Shown piece after piece: positions 45,901-54,389 of a stretch of 64,000 nt of DNA. This DNA comes from Gemmatimonadaceae bacterium (GTDB lineage Bacteria; Gemmatimonadota; Gemmatimonadetes; Gemmatimonadales; Gemmatimonadaceae). Position 1 is the first letter of the stretch; each line of letters starts with the position of its first letter. The notes below the pieces were generated by a model. The model ran no database searches and was not told the origin of the DNA. It saw nothing but the letters and a program-made list of their open reading frames with translations. The translations under genes and the position numbers were made by a program. The DNA lies in NCBI GenBank assembly GCA_020846935.1, contig JADLCY010000004.1:84921-148920 (forward strand), given 5' to 3'.

Positions 45901-47622
45901 ACCTTCAGGTCCGCGTCGCGCGCCGAGTGCCGCACTCGCGCGCGCGCTCCAGGACACGAAGTCGGCCGCACCGGTGAGTGGGTCGTCGGCCAGCGCGGTC
46001 GCGTTGCCCTGCGGCGTGACGGGAACGGCAACCGAAGACGTCACGCCGGGGATGGCGACGCCCTCGCGCACCACGTCCTCGAACACGCGGAAGACGGCGG
46101 GGTCGAACTGTCGCCCCACATCGCGCCGCATGACCTCGATCGCTTCGTCGCGGGTCAGCGGATCCTTGAAAGCGCGCCGAGCCAGGAGCGCATCGAACAC
46201 ATCGGCCACACAGAAGATGCGTGCCGCCAGCGGGATCTCCTCGCCGGCGCGACCGTGCGGATAGCCCGACCCGTTCCAGCACTCGTGATGCGACTCGACG
46301 ATGGGCCGCACTTCCCAGGGGAAGTCGGTATCGGCGAGCAACTCCGCGCCTGCGGCGGGGTGCCGCTTCACGGCCGACCACTCGTCCGCGGTGAGGCGCC
46401 CGCGTTTGTTGAGGATTGCCGGCGCGATCGCGAGCTTTCCGAGGTCGTGCAGGTACGCACCGACCCGGTAGCCGAACAGTGCCGTGGGGGCGATACCCAT
46501 GCGGCGTGCGATCTCCACGGTAAGGTCGGCCACGCGATCGACGTGACCCGCGGTATCGTGATCGACTGCTTCGAATCGTTGGGCCCAGTGCCGGGTCACG
46601 TCGAGGAACGTGCGTTCGAGCCGCCGGAGTCGTCGGGCGCGTTCCACCGAGCCGGTCTGCCCAAGGAGCCGGGCCAGGCTTCGGTAGGCATGGTTGAGTG
46701 CGCCAAGCGTGCGACGATGGTCGGGGCGACGGGCCAGGACCTCGGTGCGCTCGCAGGCCAGCTCGCCCAGCAGCATGGCGTCGTCGAGGGCATGCGCCTG
46801 GCGCTCGGCGTCCTCGAACAGCCGGAGCGCGCGATCGAGGTCGCCCAGCTCGCGGGCGACGATGCCCGTCATCGCCACGCTTTCGGTCGCGAGCCCCGGA
46901 TGTTCGGCGCGCCGCGCCATGTCGAGCGCGCGCTCGGCGGACACGCGGGCGCGCTCGACGTTGGACCGGTCGATCGCCATCTGCGAGCGCACCAGCTCGA
47001 GCCGGGCCAGCGATGGCAGGTCACTCGCCCGCTGCGCCCGCGGCAGTGCGTCCGCCAGCGCCTGCTCGGCGGCATTCCATCGTTTGAGATCGACGTAGAA
47101 GCGGGCGAGCTGCAGCTGTACCCGCACCGTGTCGGCGTCATCCCCGCGTTCGCGGAAGCCCGCGGCCGCGGCTTCGAGCTGGTCGAGGCTCGCGCCCCAG
47201 TCGTCGCGCACGAGCGCGACCGAGGCAAGGTGCTCGCTGCCTAACGCGACGAGCCAGCCCTGCCCCGCCGCCGCGGCCCGCACGCCCATTTCGCGGAAGT
47301 CGGCTTCGGCGTCGTCCAGCGCGCCCGCTTCGCACGCCAGCCGACCGCGCAGCTCCAGCGCCTCGGCGACGATCGCATCCATGTCGCCAAAGTCGGGGAG
47401 CGCAAACACGGCCTCGAGACAATCCCGCGCTTCCGCGTTCCGACCCGACGCCACGAACGTCCGGGCGATCTGCAGGAGCAGCGCAGCGACTGCAGGCGGT
47501 GGGGCGTCGTGATCGAGTTCCCGCATCGCGCGCTCGTAGTATTCGCGAGCGGCCTGAAACTCACCTCGCGCTTCAGCGAGGCGGCCGGGGTCCAGGGAGT
47601 GCGGATCGAGACGCGATGGCAT
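42955..47622 (-). CDS. large multidomain signalling protein: TPR-like N-terminus, HD-GYP, GGDEF-like, P-loop STAND/AAA_16 NTPase, long TPR-like C-terminus
   Basis: The start was reassigned to the ATG at 47622 (MPSRLDPHSL). HD-GYP motifs are LHDLGK and HHECWNGSGYP (nt 46258-46290). The GGDEF-like motif is RRGSDEF (45742-45762), with RTGD five residues upstream. Walker A is GEAGVGKS (45340-45363) and Walker B-like is LVVVLEDMH (45031-45057). About 690 further helical residues follow, and I recognised no HTH. Confidence 0.85.
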   Translation of the reverse strand: MPSRLDPHSLDPGRLAEARGEFQAAREYYERAMRELDHDAPPPAVAALLLQIARTFVASGRNAEARDCLEAVFALPDFGDMDAIVAEALELRGRLACEAGALDDAEADFREMGVRAAAAGQGWLVALGSEHLASVALVRDDWGASLDQLEAAAAGFRERGDDADTVRVQLQLARFYVDLKRWNAAEQALADALPRAQRASDLPSLARLELVRSQMAIDRSNVERARVSAERALDMARRAEHPGLATESVAMTGIVARELGDLDRALRLFEDAERQAHALDDAMLLGELACERTEVLARRPDHRRTLGALNHAYRSLARLLGQTGSVERARRLRRLERTFLDVTRHWAQRFEAVDHDTAGHVDRVADLTVEIARRMGIAPTALFGYRVGAYLHDLGKLAIAPAILNKRGRLTADEWSAVKRHPAAGAELLADTDFPWEVRPIVESHHECWNGSGYPHGRAGEEIPLAARIFCVADVFDALLARRAFKDPLTRDEAIEVMRRDVGRQFDPAVFRVFEDVVREGVAIPGVTSSVAVPVTPQGNATALADDPLTGAADFVSWSARASAALGARRGPEGDVAILIVDIDDFARVNATWGRLQGDDVLWAVAKVLQRGVRTGDLIGRRGSDEFVVLLPETTVNVATEVAERLRDAVGGLRCALRHAPDETLVVVASVAVAVAPGDGETVEALLAAGDRALFRARSEGGGRVVVADHGESARARHGLDFDVFTGREEELRSVVAQLDLAARGEPRLVGISGEAGVGKSALVRQLEPEVRLRNGLLATGITTADGSGGPLAPWPAVVSALAKAGVVHDRAWRALPALVPGELAPADVEDEEPDATLLQQEITAVVRRAARERPLVVVLEDMHLATPASWAVLDALLTAVDDEHLLVIHTMRPEVHPGAVEWRRRILAHARTTHVTLRRFGLDEVRRWIRLVFRDAAPGDDVARWIHDYAEGIPLHVLHLLRAGCDDGTIWYGGTRWEWREPGPRDVASGIGWVLDRRLDRLSGSSRSILSSAAVLQNVLTVELLVSVTGVPEGQARLALEEAVRASILVAVGDPAEGRYAFGHPLLVEACVRGMAERQRQQVHDLAARVMELRAPSSVDAIAGHYHAAGNDAAAFAYARAAAERSLGTGVHDAAIAALLVAQRHAPSSADLATIRVRHAEVALQAGRLAQAEAQADLALEWLDRQPVDATAIRGRRVRAWIRQRRGAFSGDTMDALRRLVDDAASVHPREEALSALAAAASAAERADWPMAEHFASRALELGVAHGDDAIVTEAMLELGTAQLAESPELGLPRLRQALERQRARPHATHDARALQVLGEALCRQEASSEGEDLLVQALERARASHHAPLAARISRALGVVRTRQGNHDEARQWLGDAERLFTTMEDEPERIGTLFDGARLLRDGGDRDRAQAQFDAVARRARDLDLAWMELAATAGAALSNGGPTSASTQQRWARTSALVADARPDWWFPGRELVDAFAVRMAIAGGHPNVAQDVFARAVDRLDGLDAYASVWLVTECAPELQRAGLKSAERRLVEAGVRARQLGFPLLARAT

Positions 47623-47716
47623 TTCACGGTTCAGCAAGGCAACTATAGACGATTCACGGCGGCCCCGGTTGCGGAAGTCGAGTGCCGCGCGGGAGTTACG
47701 CCAGACCCCTCTGTGT

Positions 47717-48469
47717 ATGCGTGTCGTTTCGCTCTGTCCGTCGCTCACCGAGCTCGTCTTCGACCTGGGGATGGGCCCCGCGCTCGTCGGCCGCACGAAG
47801 TTCTGCGTGCATCCTGCACCGGGGGTGGCCAACGTGGAAACAGTCGGCGGGACAAAGACGCCCAAGGTGGCCCGTATCATCGACTTGCGTCCCGATATCG
47901 TGCTCATGAACGACGAGGAGAATCGTCGGGAAGACGCCGGGGCGCTGACCGCGGCCGGAGTTCGCGTCCACTCGACCATGCCGATCACCGCGGAGGAGAC
48001 GGCCGCCATGGTGCGATCGATCGCTGATGCGCTCGGCGCCACCGATGCCGGAGAGGCGGTCGCGCGCGACATCGAGCGGCGGGCGGCGCGCGTGCGTGCG
48101 GCCGCGACGTCTGCGCCGCACGTCGACTATGCGTACCTCATTTGGCGCGAGCCCTGGATGACCGTGAGCGACGACACCTTCATCGCCGGGCTCCTGGGCA
48201 TGGCCGGCGGCCGCAACGTCTTTGCTGACGCGAAAGACCGATATCCCACGATCACGCTCGAGCAGCTCGCAGAACGGTCGCCATCGGTGGTGTTGCTGTC
48301 GAGCGAACCGTTTCCGTTCGCTGAAAAACACGTCGACGAGCTGTCATCCACGCTGGGCTGGGAGGTGGGCCGCTTTCGACTGGTAGACGGCGAGCTGCTT
48401 TCGTGGCACGGTTCGCGGACGCCCCGGGGAATCGACTACGCCGAATCCGTCATCGCGGCGGCGCGGTGA
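47717..48469 (+). CDS. BtuF-like helical-backbone binding protein (cobalamin/metal receptor fold), no signal peptide
   Basis: MRVVSLCPSLTELVFDLGMGPALVGRTKFCVHP ... VGGTKTPKVARIIDLRPDIVLMN is typical of the Peripla_BP_2 / cobalamin-binding family. Confidence 0.7.
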   Translation: MRVVSLCPSLTELVFDLGMGPALVGRTKFCVHPAPGVANVETVGGTKTPKVARIIDLRPDIVLMNDEENRREDAGALTAAGVRVHSTMPITAEETAAMVRSIADALGATDAGEAVARDIERRAARVRAAATSAPHVDYAYLIWREPWMTVSDDTFIAGLLGMAGGRNVFADAKDRYPTITLEQLAERSPSVVLLSSEPFPFAEKHVDELSSTLGWEVGRFRLVDGELLSWHGSRTPRGIDYAESVIAAAR

Positions 48470-48594
48470 CGAGTGGCGCACATGGCGGCCCGCGTGGCTG
48501 CGGGCCGTCCAGCGATTCGCGCGCGTCATCCCATCGCGCGCGGCCCGGTCGGCAGGCATCGCGATCTTCGTCGTCCCGACACGCCCGAGCAGTC

Positions 48595-49482
48595 ATGATC
48601 CGCGCCGCCCTCCTGCTTGCCACGCTGTACGCGCTGCCACTTGCCGCGCAGGCGCCCCCGATGCGCATCGATCACGAGCGCGTGCGGCCGCGCGTCCACG
48701 TCTTCTCGGGATTCCTGAACGGCAACGTGCTGGTGCTCGAGACCAACGACGGACTGCTGATCGTCGATGCGCAGAGCGGCAAGCGGGTCGGCGCCCTGGA
48801 CTCGGCCATCACGAATGTGACGAAGGCGCCGGTGCGATGGGTGGTGAACACCCACTATCACGCCGACCACACCGAGGGGAACGCGTGGTTCCGTGCCCGA
48901 GGGGCGCGCGTGCTGGCGCACCGCAACGTGGCCATTCAGGCGGCGAAGGACACGACGATCACCGACCGTGACTGGCACCGCACGCCGTTGGCCGACTCGG
49001 CGACGCCAACGGATGCCTTCGACGATCGGCGCGAGCTGAAGATCGGGGGCGAACGCGTGGTCGTGCTGCATCCGCGCGATGCGCACACGGACGGCGACGC
49101 GATGATCTGGCTTCCCGCGCAGAACGTGCTGCACATCGGCGACATCCTCGAGGTGGGCGCGCCGCCGTTCATCGATTGGTGGGCGGGTGGTTCACTCGAG
49201 GGCATGGTGCGCGCCATCGACGATGTGCTCGGCTGGGTCGACGCGTCCACGGCCATCGTGCCCGGGCATGGTCCGACTTCAACCAGGGACGACCTCGTGC
49301 GCTATCGCGCGATGCTCGTCACGGTGAGTGAGCGGGTGCGAACCGGGATCGCGAGCGGCGTGGCGTCGGACTCACTGGCCGAACGTGCCGTTGCCGGTTT
49401 CGAGAGCCTGCTGGGTGGCACGCGGCGCGCAAGCGAGCTGTCCCGGCAGCTGATCTACGGGTTCTCGAAGGGACGGAAGTAG
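48595..49482 (+). CDS. MBL-fold metallo-hydrolase (secreted)
   Basis: It has a signal peptide (MIRAALLLATLYALPLAAQA). The motif is VNTHYHADHTEGN. AHTDGD and VPGHG lie downstream. Confidence 0.8.
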   Translation: MIRAALLLATLYALPLAAQAPPMRIDHERVRPRVHVFSGFLNGNVLVLETNDGLLIVDAQSGKRVGALDSAITNVTKAPVRWVVNTHYHADHTEGNAWFRARGARVLAHRNVAIQAAKDTTITDRDWHRTPLADSATPTDAFDDRRELKIGGERVVVLHPRDAHTDGDAMIWLPAQNVLHIGDILEVGAPPFIDWWAGGSLEGMVRAIDDVLGWVDASTAIVPGHGPTSTRDDLVRYRAMLVTVSERVRTGIASGVASDSLAERAVAGFESLLGGTRRASELSRQLIYGFSKGRK

Positions 49483-49488
49483 CCGAGC

Positions 49489-51843
49489 TCAGCGCCTGAA
49501 GAGGTACGACAGCTTGACGAAGAACCCGTCGCGTACGCGCTCGAAGTGCCGAAAGCGGAAGGCATCGGGCTCGGTGAGCGAACTGCCATAGCCGGCAAAC
49601 ACCACCGTGCCGGGGCTCGGGACATAGCTGAACAGCCAGTCCATGCGGAGGTCACGCGTGGCCGTTGCGGTTGCGCGGCGGTAGGTGGCTCCGTTGAGGA
49701 TGGCGAGCGGCAGTTCGGTGGCGGGATCGCGCAGGGCGTCGCGCGTTCGGTGGTCATATTGGCCCACGAAGCGCAGGAAGAGTGCGCGGCTCAGCTGATA
49801 CTCCAGGCGCAGGCGCGGCACGCTGGCACGCGAAAGCGTGGTGCCGTCCCGAGAGCGCGTATAGTGCGAATAGAGGTACGATCCGGTGAGGCGCATCTGA
49901 TCGGTCGGCCGCAGGTCCACCTCGCCGGTGAGGTCCACGCGGCGCGCGGTGGACGTCTCGAAGAACTCGATGTCGCGTCCGATGAAGCCCGTGAACCGCC
50001 CGGTCCAACGCTCGAACTGCGGTGTGTTGAGCCGGAGGAGGACCACGGCGGTCGGCGTTCGGCGCGACGGCGTGAACGCTGCTGTGTCGATGGCGCCGCC
50101 GGTCGCGGGGCGCAGCACGCGATAGCGGGCGTAGGTGCGCGTGTCAAACAGGAAGGTCTCGCGCACCGGCGTCACGCTCAGCACCCAGCCGCCCCGGATA
50201 TTGAAGACATTCTCCGCCTGGATCTTGGTTTCCTGCACGCTCTTGCCATCGCGGAACCGATCGAAGGTCCAGAGCCAGTCGAAGCCTTGCCGAATGAGAT
50301 AGCTCTCGATGAAGTCGCCCGGCTTGCCGAACCACGAGAAGCGGTTGTACGCCGTGGTCGACACGAAGTCGGTGCGGGGGACAAAGCCGGCCGCGGCGCG
50401 GAAGTCCTCGCCGATGCCGCTGAACGTGTAGCGATAGCCGTAGCGCAGGCCGGTGCGGTTGGCGCCGAAGTCCCAGAGGGGTGCGGTGCGCGTGTCGCCA
50501 CCGGCCGGGTCGCGCGTAGCGCTTCCCCCGAGCGAGGCATTGAAGCTGTAGGCGCCCTTCCAGACCAGGCGGGTGTCGGCCACGCCTACTCGGCTGAAGC
50601 CGTCGCCCTCGGTGCGATCGGTGAGCGTGAGCCCCATCGTGGACGCCTGGAACACGTCACGACGCAGACGCAGGATATTGAACAGCGGACGGTCCTTCCC
50701 GTCTTGTGAGGCGTCGTCGCTGTCCAGTGCGCCCATGTATGCGACGCTCGTGCGACCGAAGCGCCCGGTGAGCTTGGTCGCGAGGTCCGGCTGCAGGATC
50801 TGTCGTGTGTACACGAGGTTGTTGGGCGCATCGAACTGCTCGATGCCGTCAATGAAGAACGGGCGCCGCTCGGGGAAGAACAGCGAGAAGCGTGTGTCGC
50901 CCGGTACCTGTGCCGCGTCGGCCTCCACCTGGGAGAAGTCCGGACGGACGGTCGCGTTCATCGTCAGGTTGGGCACGATGCGCCACCGGAGATTGCCACC
51001 GAGGTTGGGCTTTGACGTGTACGTCCACTCGGGAGTCGGTGCGCCGTTGAGCGACTCGGTGAGTTCGGGGTTGAGCTCCACCACGGCCTCGCGGCGCAGG
51101 TCATGCAGGCCCCGGAGCGTGCCCGATTGCACGAGGAAGGATGCCGCGCCGCGACGTGCCGGTGTCCATGTCTGCTGGTAGCCGGAGTGCTGGACAAATC
51201 GCACGACCTGCAGCGCCCAGTCCTGCAAGTTCGTGCCCTGGAATCGAAGGCTCTTGAGCGGAATGGCCACCTCGAGCTCGTAGCCGGTGTCAGTCACGCG
51301 CCCTCGTGAGGCAAACACAAAGTCCGGGCTGAGATCGATGAACGCGGGCGGGTTGCCGCCAAAGGTCTGGCCGCGGGGCTGCGGTGGGCTGAACCCCTCG
51401 GTGCGAACACCGTCAGCCTGTGCGCCCAGCGGGTTGATGCCAAACACGAATGCGCGTCGCCGGTCGTTGAAGGGATCGATCAGCAGCTGGATGTAGTCAT
51501 CCATGTCGATCTTGTCGCGCGCGGCGAGCGTGGCATGTACCGAGCCGTGTGTCTCGTGCGCGACGACGCCGAAGTAGACGTGGGTCGACGAGTACCAGAC
51601 CCTCACTTCCGTCGAGTCGTGCGCCTCGCGCCCGTCGATGGGCAGATACGCCGAGAACCCGGTGAGCAGGGCGGCGCGCTGCCAGACGGGCTCATCGAGC
51701 ACGCCATCCACGGACACGCTATCGTCGAAGCGGGGCACCTCGGCGACCAGGCCGCCGCGGCGGCCGTGATAGGTGCGATCCTGTGCGTGTGCGGACAGGG
51801 GCGCGGCACTCGCAACCGCGAGCAGGAAAACGGCGAGACGCAC
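49489..51843 (-). CDS. CBM9-like + DUF5916-type outer-membrane protein
   Basis: It has a signal peptide. VDGVLDEPVWQRAALLTGFSAYLPIDGREAHDSTEVRVWYSSTHVYFG is typical of this family. The C-terminal region is long and beta-rich, ending LSYLFRR. Confidence 0.7.
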   Translation of the reverse strand: MRLAVFLLAVASAAPLSAHAQDRTYHGRRGGLVAEVPRFDDSVSVDGVLDEPVWQRAALLTGFSAYLPIDGREAHDSTEVRVWYSSTHVYFGVVAHETHGSVHATLAARDKIDMDDYIQLLIDPFNDRRRAFVFGINPLGAQADGVRTEGFSPPQPRGQTFGGNPPAFIDLSPDFVFASRGRVTDTGYELEVAIPLKSLRFQGTNLQDWALQVVRFVQHSGYQQTWTPARRGAASFLVQSGTLRGLHDLRREAVVELNPELTESLNGAPTPEWTYTSKPNLGGNLRWRIVPNLTMNATVRPDFSQVEADAAQVPGDTRFSLFFPERRPFFIDGIEQFDAPNNLVYTRQILQPDLATKLTGRFGRTSVAYMGALDSDDASQDGKDRPLFNILRLRRDVFQASTMGLTLTDRTEGDGFSRVGVADTRLVWKGAYSFNASLGGSATRDPAGGDTRTAPLWDFGANRTGLRYGYRYTFSGIGEDFRAAAGFVPRTDFVSTTAYNRFSWFGKPGDFIESYLIRQGFDWLWTFDRFRDGKSVQETKIQAENVFNIRGGWVLSVTPVRETFLFDTRTYARYRVLRPATGGAIDTAAFTPSRRTPTAVVLLRLNTPQFERWTGRFTGFIGRDIEFFETSTARRVDLTGEVDLRPTDQMRLTGSYLYSHYTRSRDGTTLSRASVPRLRLEYQLSRALFLRFVGQYDHRTRDALRDPATELPLAILNGATYRRATATATRDLRMDWLFSYVPSPGTVVFAGYGSSLTEPDAFRFRHFERVRDGFFVKLSYLFRR

Positions 51844-51872
51844 GTGAGCGGGAGGTAAGGGGAGCGCCGCGA

Positions 51873-52682
51873 TCAGCCGTCGGTCCGGCTCCAGCGGAAG
51901 AAAATCACCGACAGACCAACGAACGCGACGGCGGCGCCCGTCATGGACATCAGGACGCCAGCCAGTTGATGGTCGTCGCGCGAGGAGAAGCCGGGGAACG
52001 GCGGCGCGAGTTCATAGATACCGTAGAGCGGTCGTTCCGCGTTCACCATGAACCCCACGAGCCCGAACATGACCGGCGAGAACATCAGTCCGGCCACGAG
52101 GTAGAGCATACGGAGCGGCGGCACGAAGCGAGGCCGTTCCGGGGCGGGGAGCAGGATCGGCCACCAGAAGAGCACACCGCCAGTGAGCCAGAGCAGATCG
52201 ATGACCATGGAGCCAAGTTGGGCGCGCACGGGCCCGAGGGTACTGCTCATCAGGCCATCGACCACCGGTGGCAGGTGCGTGAGGAGCACGAGCGAGTTGA
52301 AAGCGATCAGGGCGGGGATGGGTCGCGTGAGCCGTTCGAGGATGCGCGAGCCGCCGGCGAGACGGGCCGCGTCAGGGCTGATTCCCGCCAACAGCGCGGC
52401 CGGCGCCAGCAGTCCGATGAGCAGGAACTGCACCATGTGGACGCTGGCCAGGTACCCGGCGCCTAACGCGCCGATGGGCCAGTCCAGCGCCAGCCAGAGG
52501 AGCACGAGGCCAAGCACCGTCAGCGGATGCATGGGCGGCGCGACCGTGCCCGTTCGGCGCGCCCCGGCCCGGTTCCACCGCGCGATGCCGACGGCGAGCA
52601 GGATGATGAAGAGCCAGACGCCTGGATAGGCCGTCCATGTCCAGGTCCAGGCCGTGTCCCTGGCGGAGCACCAGAACTGCAT
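51873..52682 (-). CDS. ctaG: cytochrome c oxidase assembly factor CtaG-like membrane protein
   Basis: The 269-aa polytopic protein has a Trp-rich N-terminus (WTWTWTAYPGVWLF). It lies immediately downstream of a SCO1/PCuAC gene. Confidence 0.6.
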   Translation of the reverse strand: MQFWCSARDTAWTWTWTAYPGVWLFIILLAVGIARWNRAGARRTGTVAPPMHPLTVLGLVLLWLALDWPIGALGAGYLASVHMVQFLLIGLLAPAALLAGISPDAARLAGGSRILERLTRPIPALIAFNSLVLLTHLPPVVDGLMSSTLGPVRAQLGSMVIDLLWLTGGVLFWWPILLPAPERPRFVPPLRMLYLVAGLMFSPVMFGLVGFMVNAERPLYGIYELAPPFPGFSSRDDHQLAGVLMSMTGAAVAFVGLSVIFFRWSRTDG

Positions 52683-52689
52683 GTCGTCG

Positions 52690-53769
52690 CTAGGGTTGGC
52701 GGGCCGCGGTCAGCTGGGCGTCGAGGTCGGCGTATGCCACGACCATCGGCGCGATCACGTACTCACCAGCCCTGGCGAAGCGCAGTCGCAGGGGAAACGA
52801 CTCCCCGGCGATCGGCTTTCGCGTCAGGCCCATGAGCATGACGTGGGTGCCGCCCGGCAGCAGCTCCAGGCGCGCTCCTGGTGCGAGCGGAAGCGAGGCC
52901 ACGTGTTCCATGCGCATGGTGCCGCCGTCCCGACGCGTGGCGTGCATCGCGGCGCTGGCGGCGTCGGGGCTCCACACGCCGGTGAGCGTGTCGGCCTCAC
53001 CGTTGTTCTGCACGACGAGATAGATCGACGCCTCGCTCGTCGAAACCGGGGCGGCCATCAGCGCGGCGCGGACTTCGATGGGTGGCGCCTCCGGGATGTT
53101 CGCCGCTCCGATGGTCGCCGGTGGCGGCCCGGTGCGCGCCGCGCTCGTGGGCACCTCACCACGCGCCAGGCGTGGGAGGTCGTTGGCCCAATCCTCCTGC
53201 CGGATTCCAAACGGATACTCGATGCGCGCCTGGTCATCGAGGCCAAACGCAATGACCTGCGCGCCGTGGCCCACCAGGTAGTTTGCCGAGTCGGCGCCGG
53301 GGGGGATTTCGATGCGTGCCGGCGCGATGCCGAGCGACACCTGCAGTTGGCCAAGCGCCTCGGGTGGGGCCGTGAGGCCGACGAACGTCGGGTCGAATGC
53401 GGCCAGCCACTCCTTGAGGCGCTCGGGCGTGTCGCGCGCCGGGTCCGTGGTGACGAACAGGAACATGACCTTGTCGCGCACTTCGAACGGCATGGTGCGC
53501 AACACGGCGGCCACGTTGGCTGCGTGGAGCGGGCAGACGTCCGGGCAGTGAGTGTAGCCGAAGAACAGCAACGCAACCTTGCCCGCCGTCTTCACGCGCA
53601 GGTTCCAGGGTTGCCCGTTGACGTCGGTGAACGTGAAATCGGGCTTCTCGAGCGGTGGGGTGAGCAGCACGCCGCGGAAGGCGCTGGCGGCCTCACGGCC
53701 AGGCATCGCGCCACGATCACAGGCGAGGCCGGCGGCCAGGGCCACGAGCAGGAGGAAACGTCGACGCAT
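52690..53769 (-). CDS. fusion of SCO1/SenC thioredoxin-like copper chaperone with PCu(A)C copper chaperone
   Basis: The start is MRRRFLLLVALAAGLAC at 53769. The SCO motif is FFGYTHCPDVCP. The C-terminal half carries MHATRRDGGTMRMEHV and GGTHVMLMGL, matching the H..M / HxM Cu(I) ligand pattern of PCuAC. Confidence 0.8.
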   Translation of the reverse strand: MRRRFLLLVALAAGLACDRGAMPGREAASAFRGVLLTPPLEKPDFTFTDVNGQPWNLRVKTAGKVALLFFGYTHCPDVCPLHAANVAAVLRTMPFEVRDKVMFLFVTTDPARDTPERLKEWLAAFDPTFVGLTAPPEALGQLQVSLGIAPARIEIPPGADSANYLVGHGAQVIAFGLDDQARIEYPFGIRQEDWANDLPRLARGEVPTSAARTGPPPATIGAANIPEAPPIEVRAALMAAPVSTSEASIYLVVQNNGEADTLTGVWSPDAASAAMHATRRDGGTMRMEHVASLPLAPGARLELLPGGTHVMLMGLTRKPIAGESFPLRLRFARAGEYVIAPMVVAYADLDAQLTAARQP

Positions 53770-53860
53770 AAGGGGCGCTGAGGGGCTGCCATAAGCTAAC
53801 CCGGTGCCGCTGGTTGGCATTGGGAGCCGGCCGTACCTTCCGGCGTCCCTCCCACTGCAC

Positions 53861-54376
53861 ATGCCGACCGCCCTTCGACGACCGCTGTTCCTGCTGGCCC
53901 TGCTCACGGTGGCGGCATGTCACCGAACACCGGCGACGACCACGGTGATCCTTGTTAGGCACGCCGAACGCCCGCCGGGCACCGACCCGGATCTCAACGC
54001 GGCCGGACGTGCGCGCGCCGAGTCGCTGGCGGTGTCCCTGGCACGCAGCAACGTCTCGGCCATCCTGCACACCCAGTTCAAGCGGGCGCAGCAAACCGCT
54101 GCACCGCTGGCCACACGGCTTGGCGTCGTCGCCGAAGTCGTGGCTGCGACCGGTACGGAGGCGCAGCACGCGCAGGCGGTCGTGCAGCGCGTGCAGGGTC
54201 TCGTCGGGCAGACGATCCTGTATGTCGGTCATTCCAACACGGTGCCCGCGGTGATCCAGGCCCTGGGCATCGCGCCACCGCCGGCGATTGCCGATACGGA
54301 GTACCAGCACTTCTTCGTGGTCACCCGGGTCGGGAACGGTCCCGCGACGCTCGTGCGCGTGCGCTACGGTCAATAG
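53861..54376 (+). CDS. histidine phosphatase (phosphoglycerate-mutase-like) family lipoprotein
   Basis: MPTALRRPLFLLALLTVAAC forms the lipobox. VILVRHAERP is the catalytic RHA/G motif. YVGHSNT is also present. Confidence 0.7.
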   Translation: MPTALRRPLFLLALLTVAACHRTPATTTVILVRHAERPPGTDPDLNAAGRARAESLAVSLARSNVSAILHTQFKRAQQTAAPLATRLGVVAEVVAATGTEAQHAQAVVQRVQGLVGQTILYVGHSNTVPAVIQALGIAPPPAIADTEYQHFFVVTRVGNGPATLVRVRYGQ

Positions 54377-54389
54377 CGCGACGGGTTCG

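Noticed and set aside
44299-47244. 981-aa ORF on the plus strand
   Set aside because: It is antisense to the large HD-GYP/GGDEF/STAND gene, whose motifs are unambiguous on the minus strand.
47623-48072. N-terminal 150-aa extension of the large signalling protein ORF
   Set aside because: It overlaps the plus-strand BtuF-like gene and is Ser/Ala/Arg-rich. TPR-like sequence begins only after the Met at 47622.
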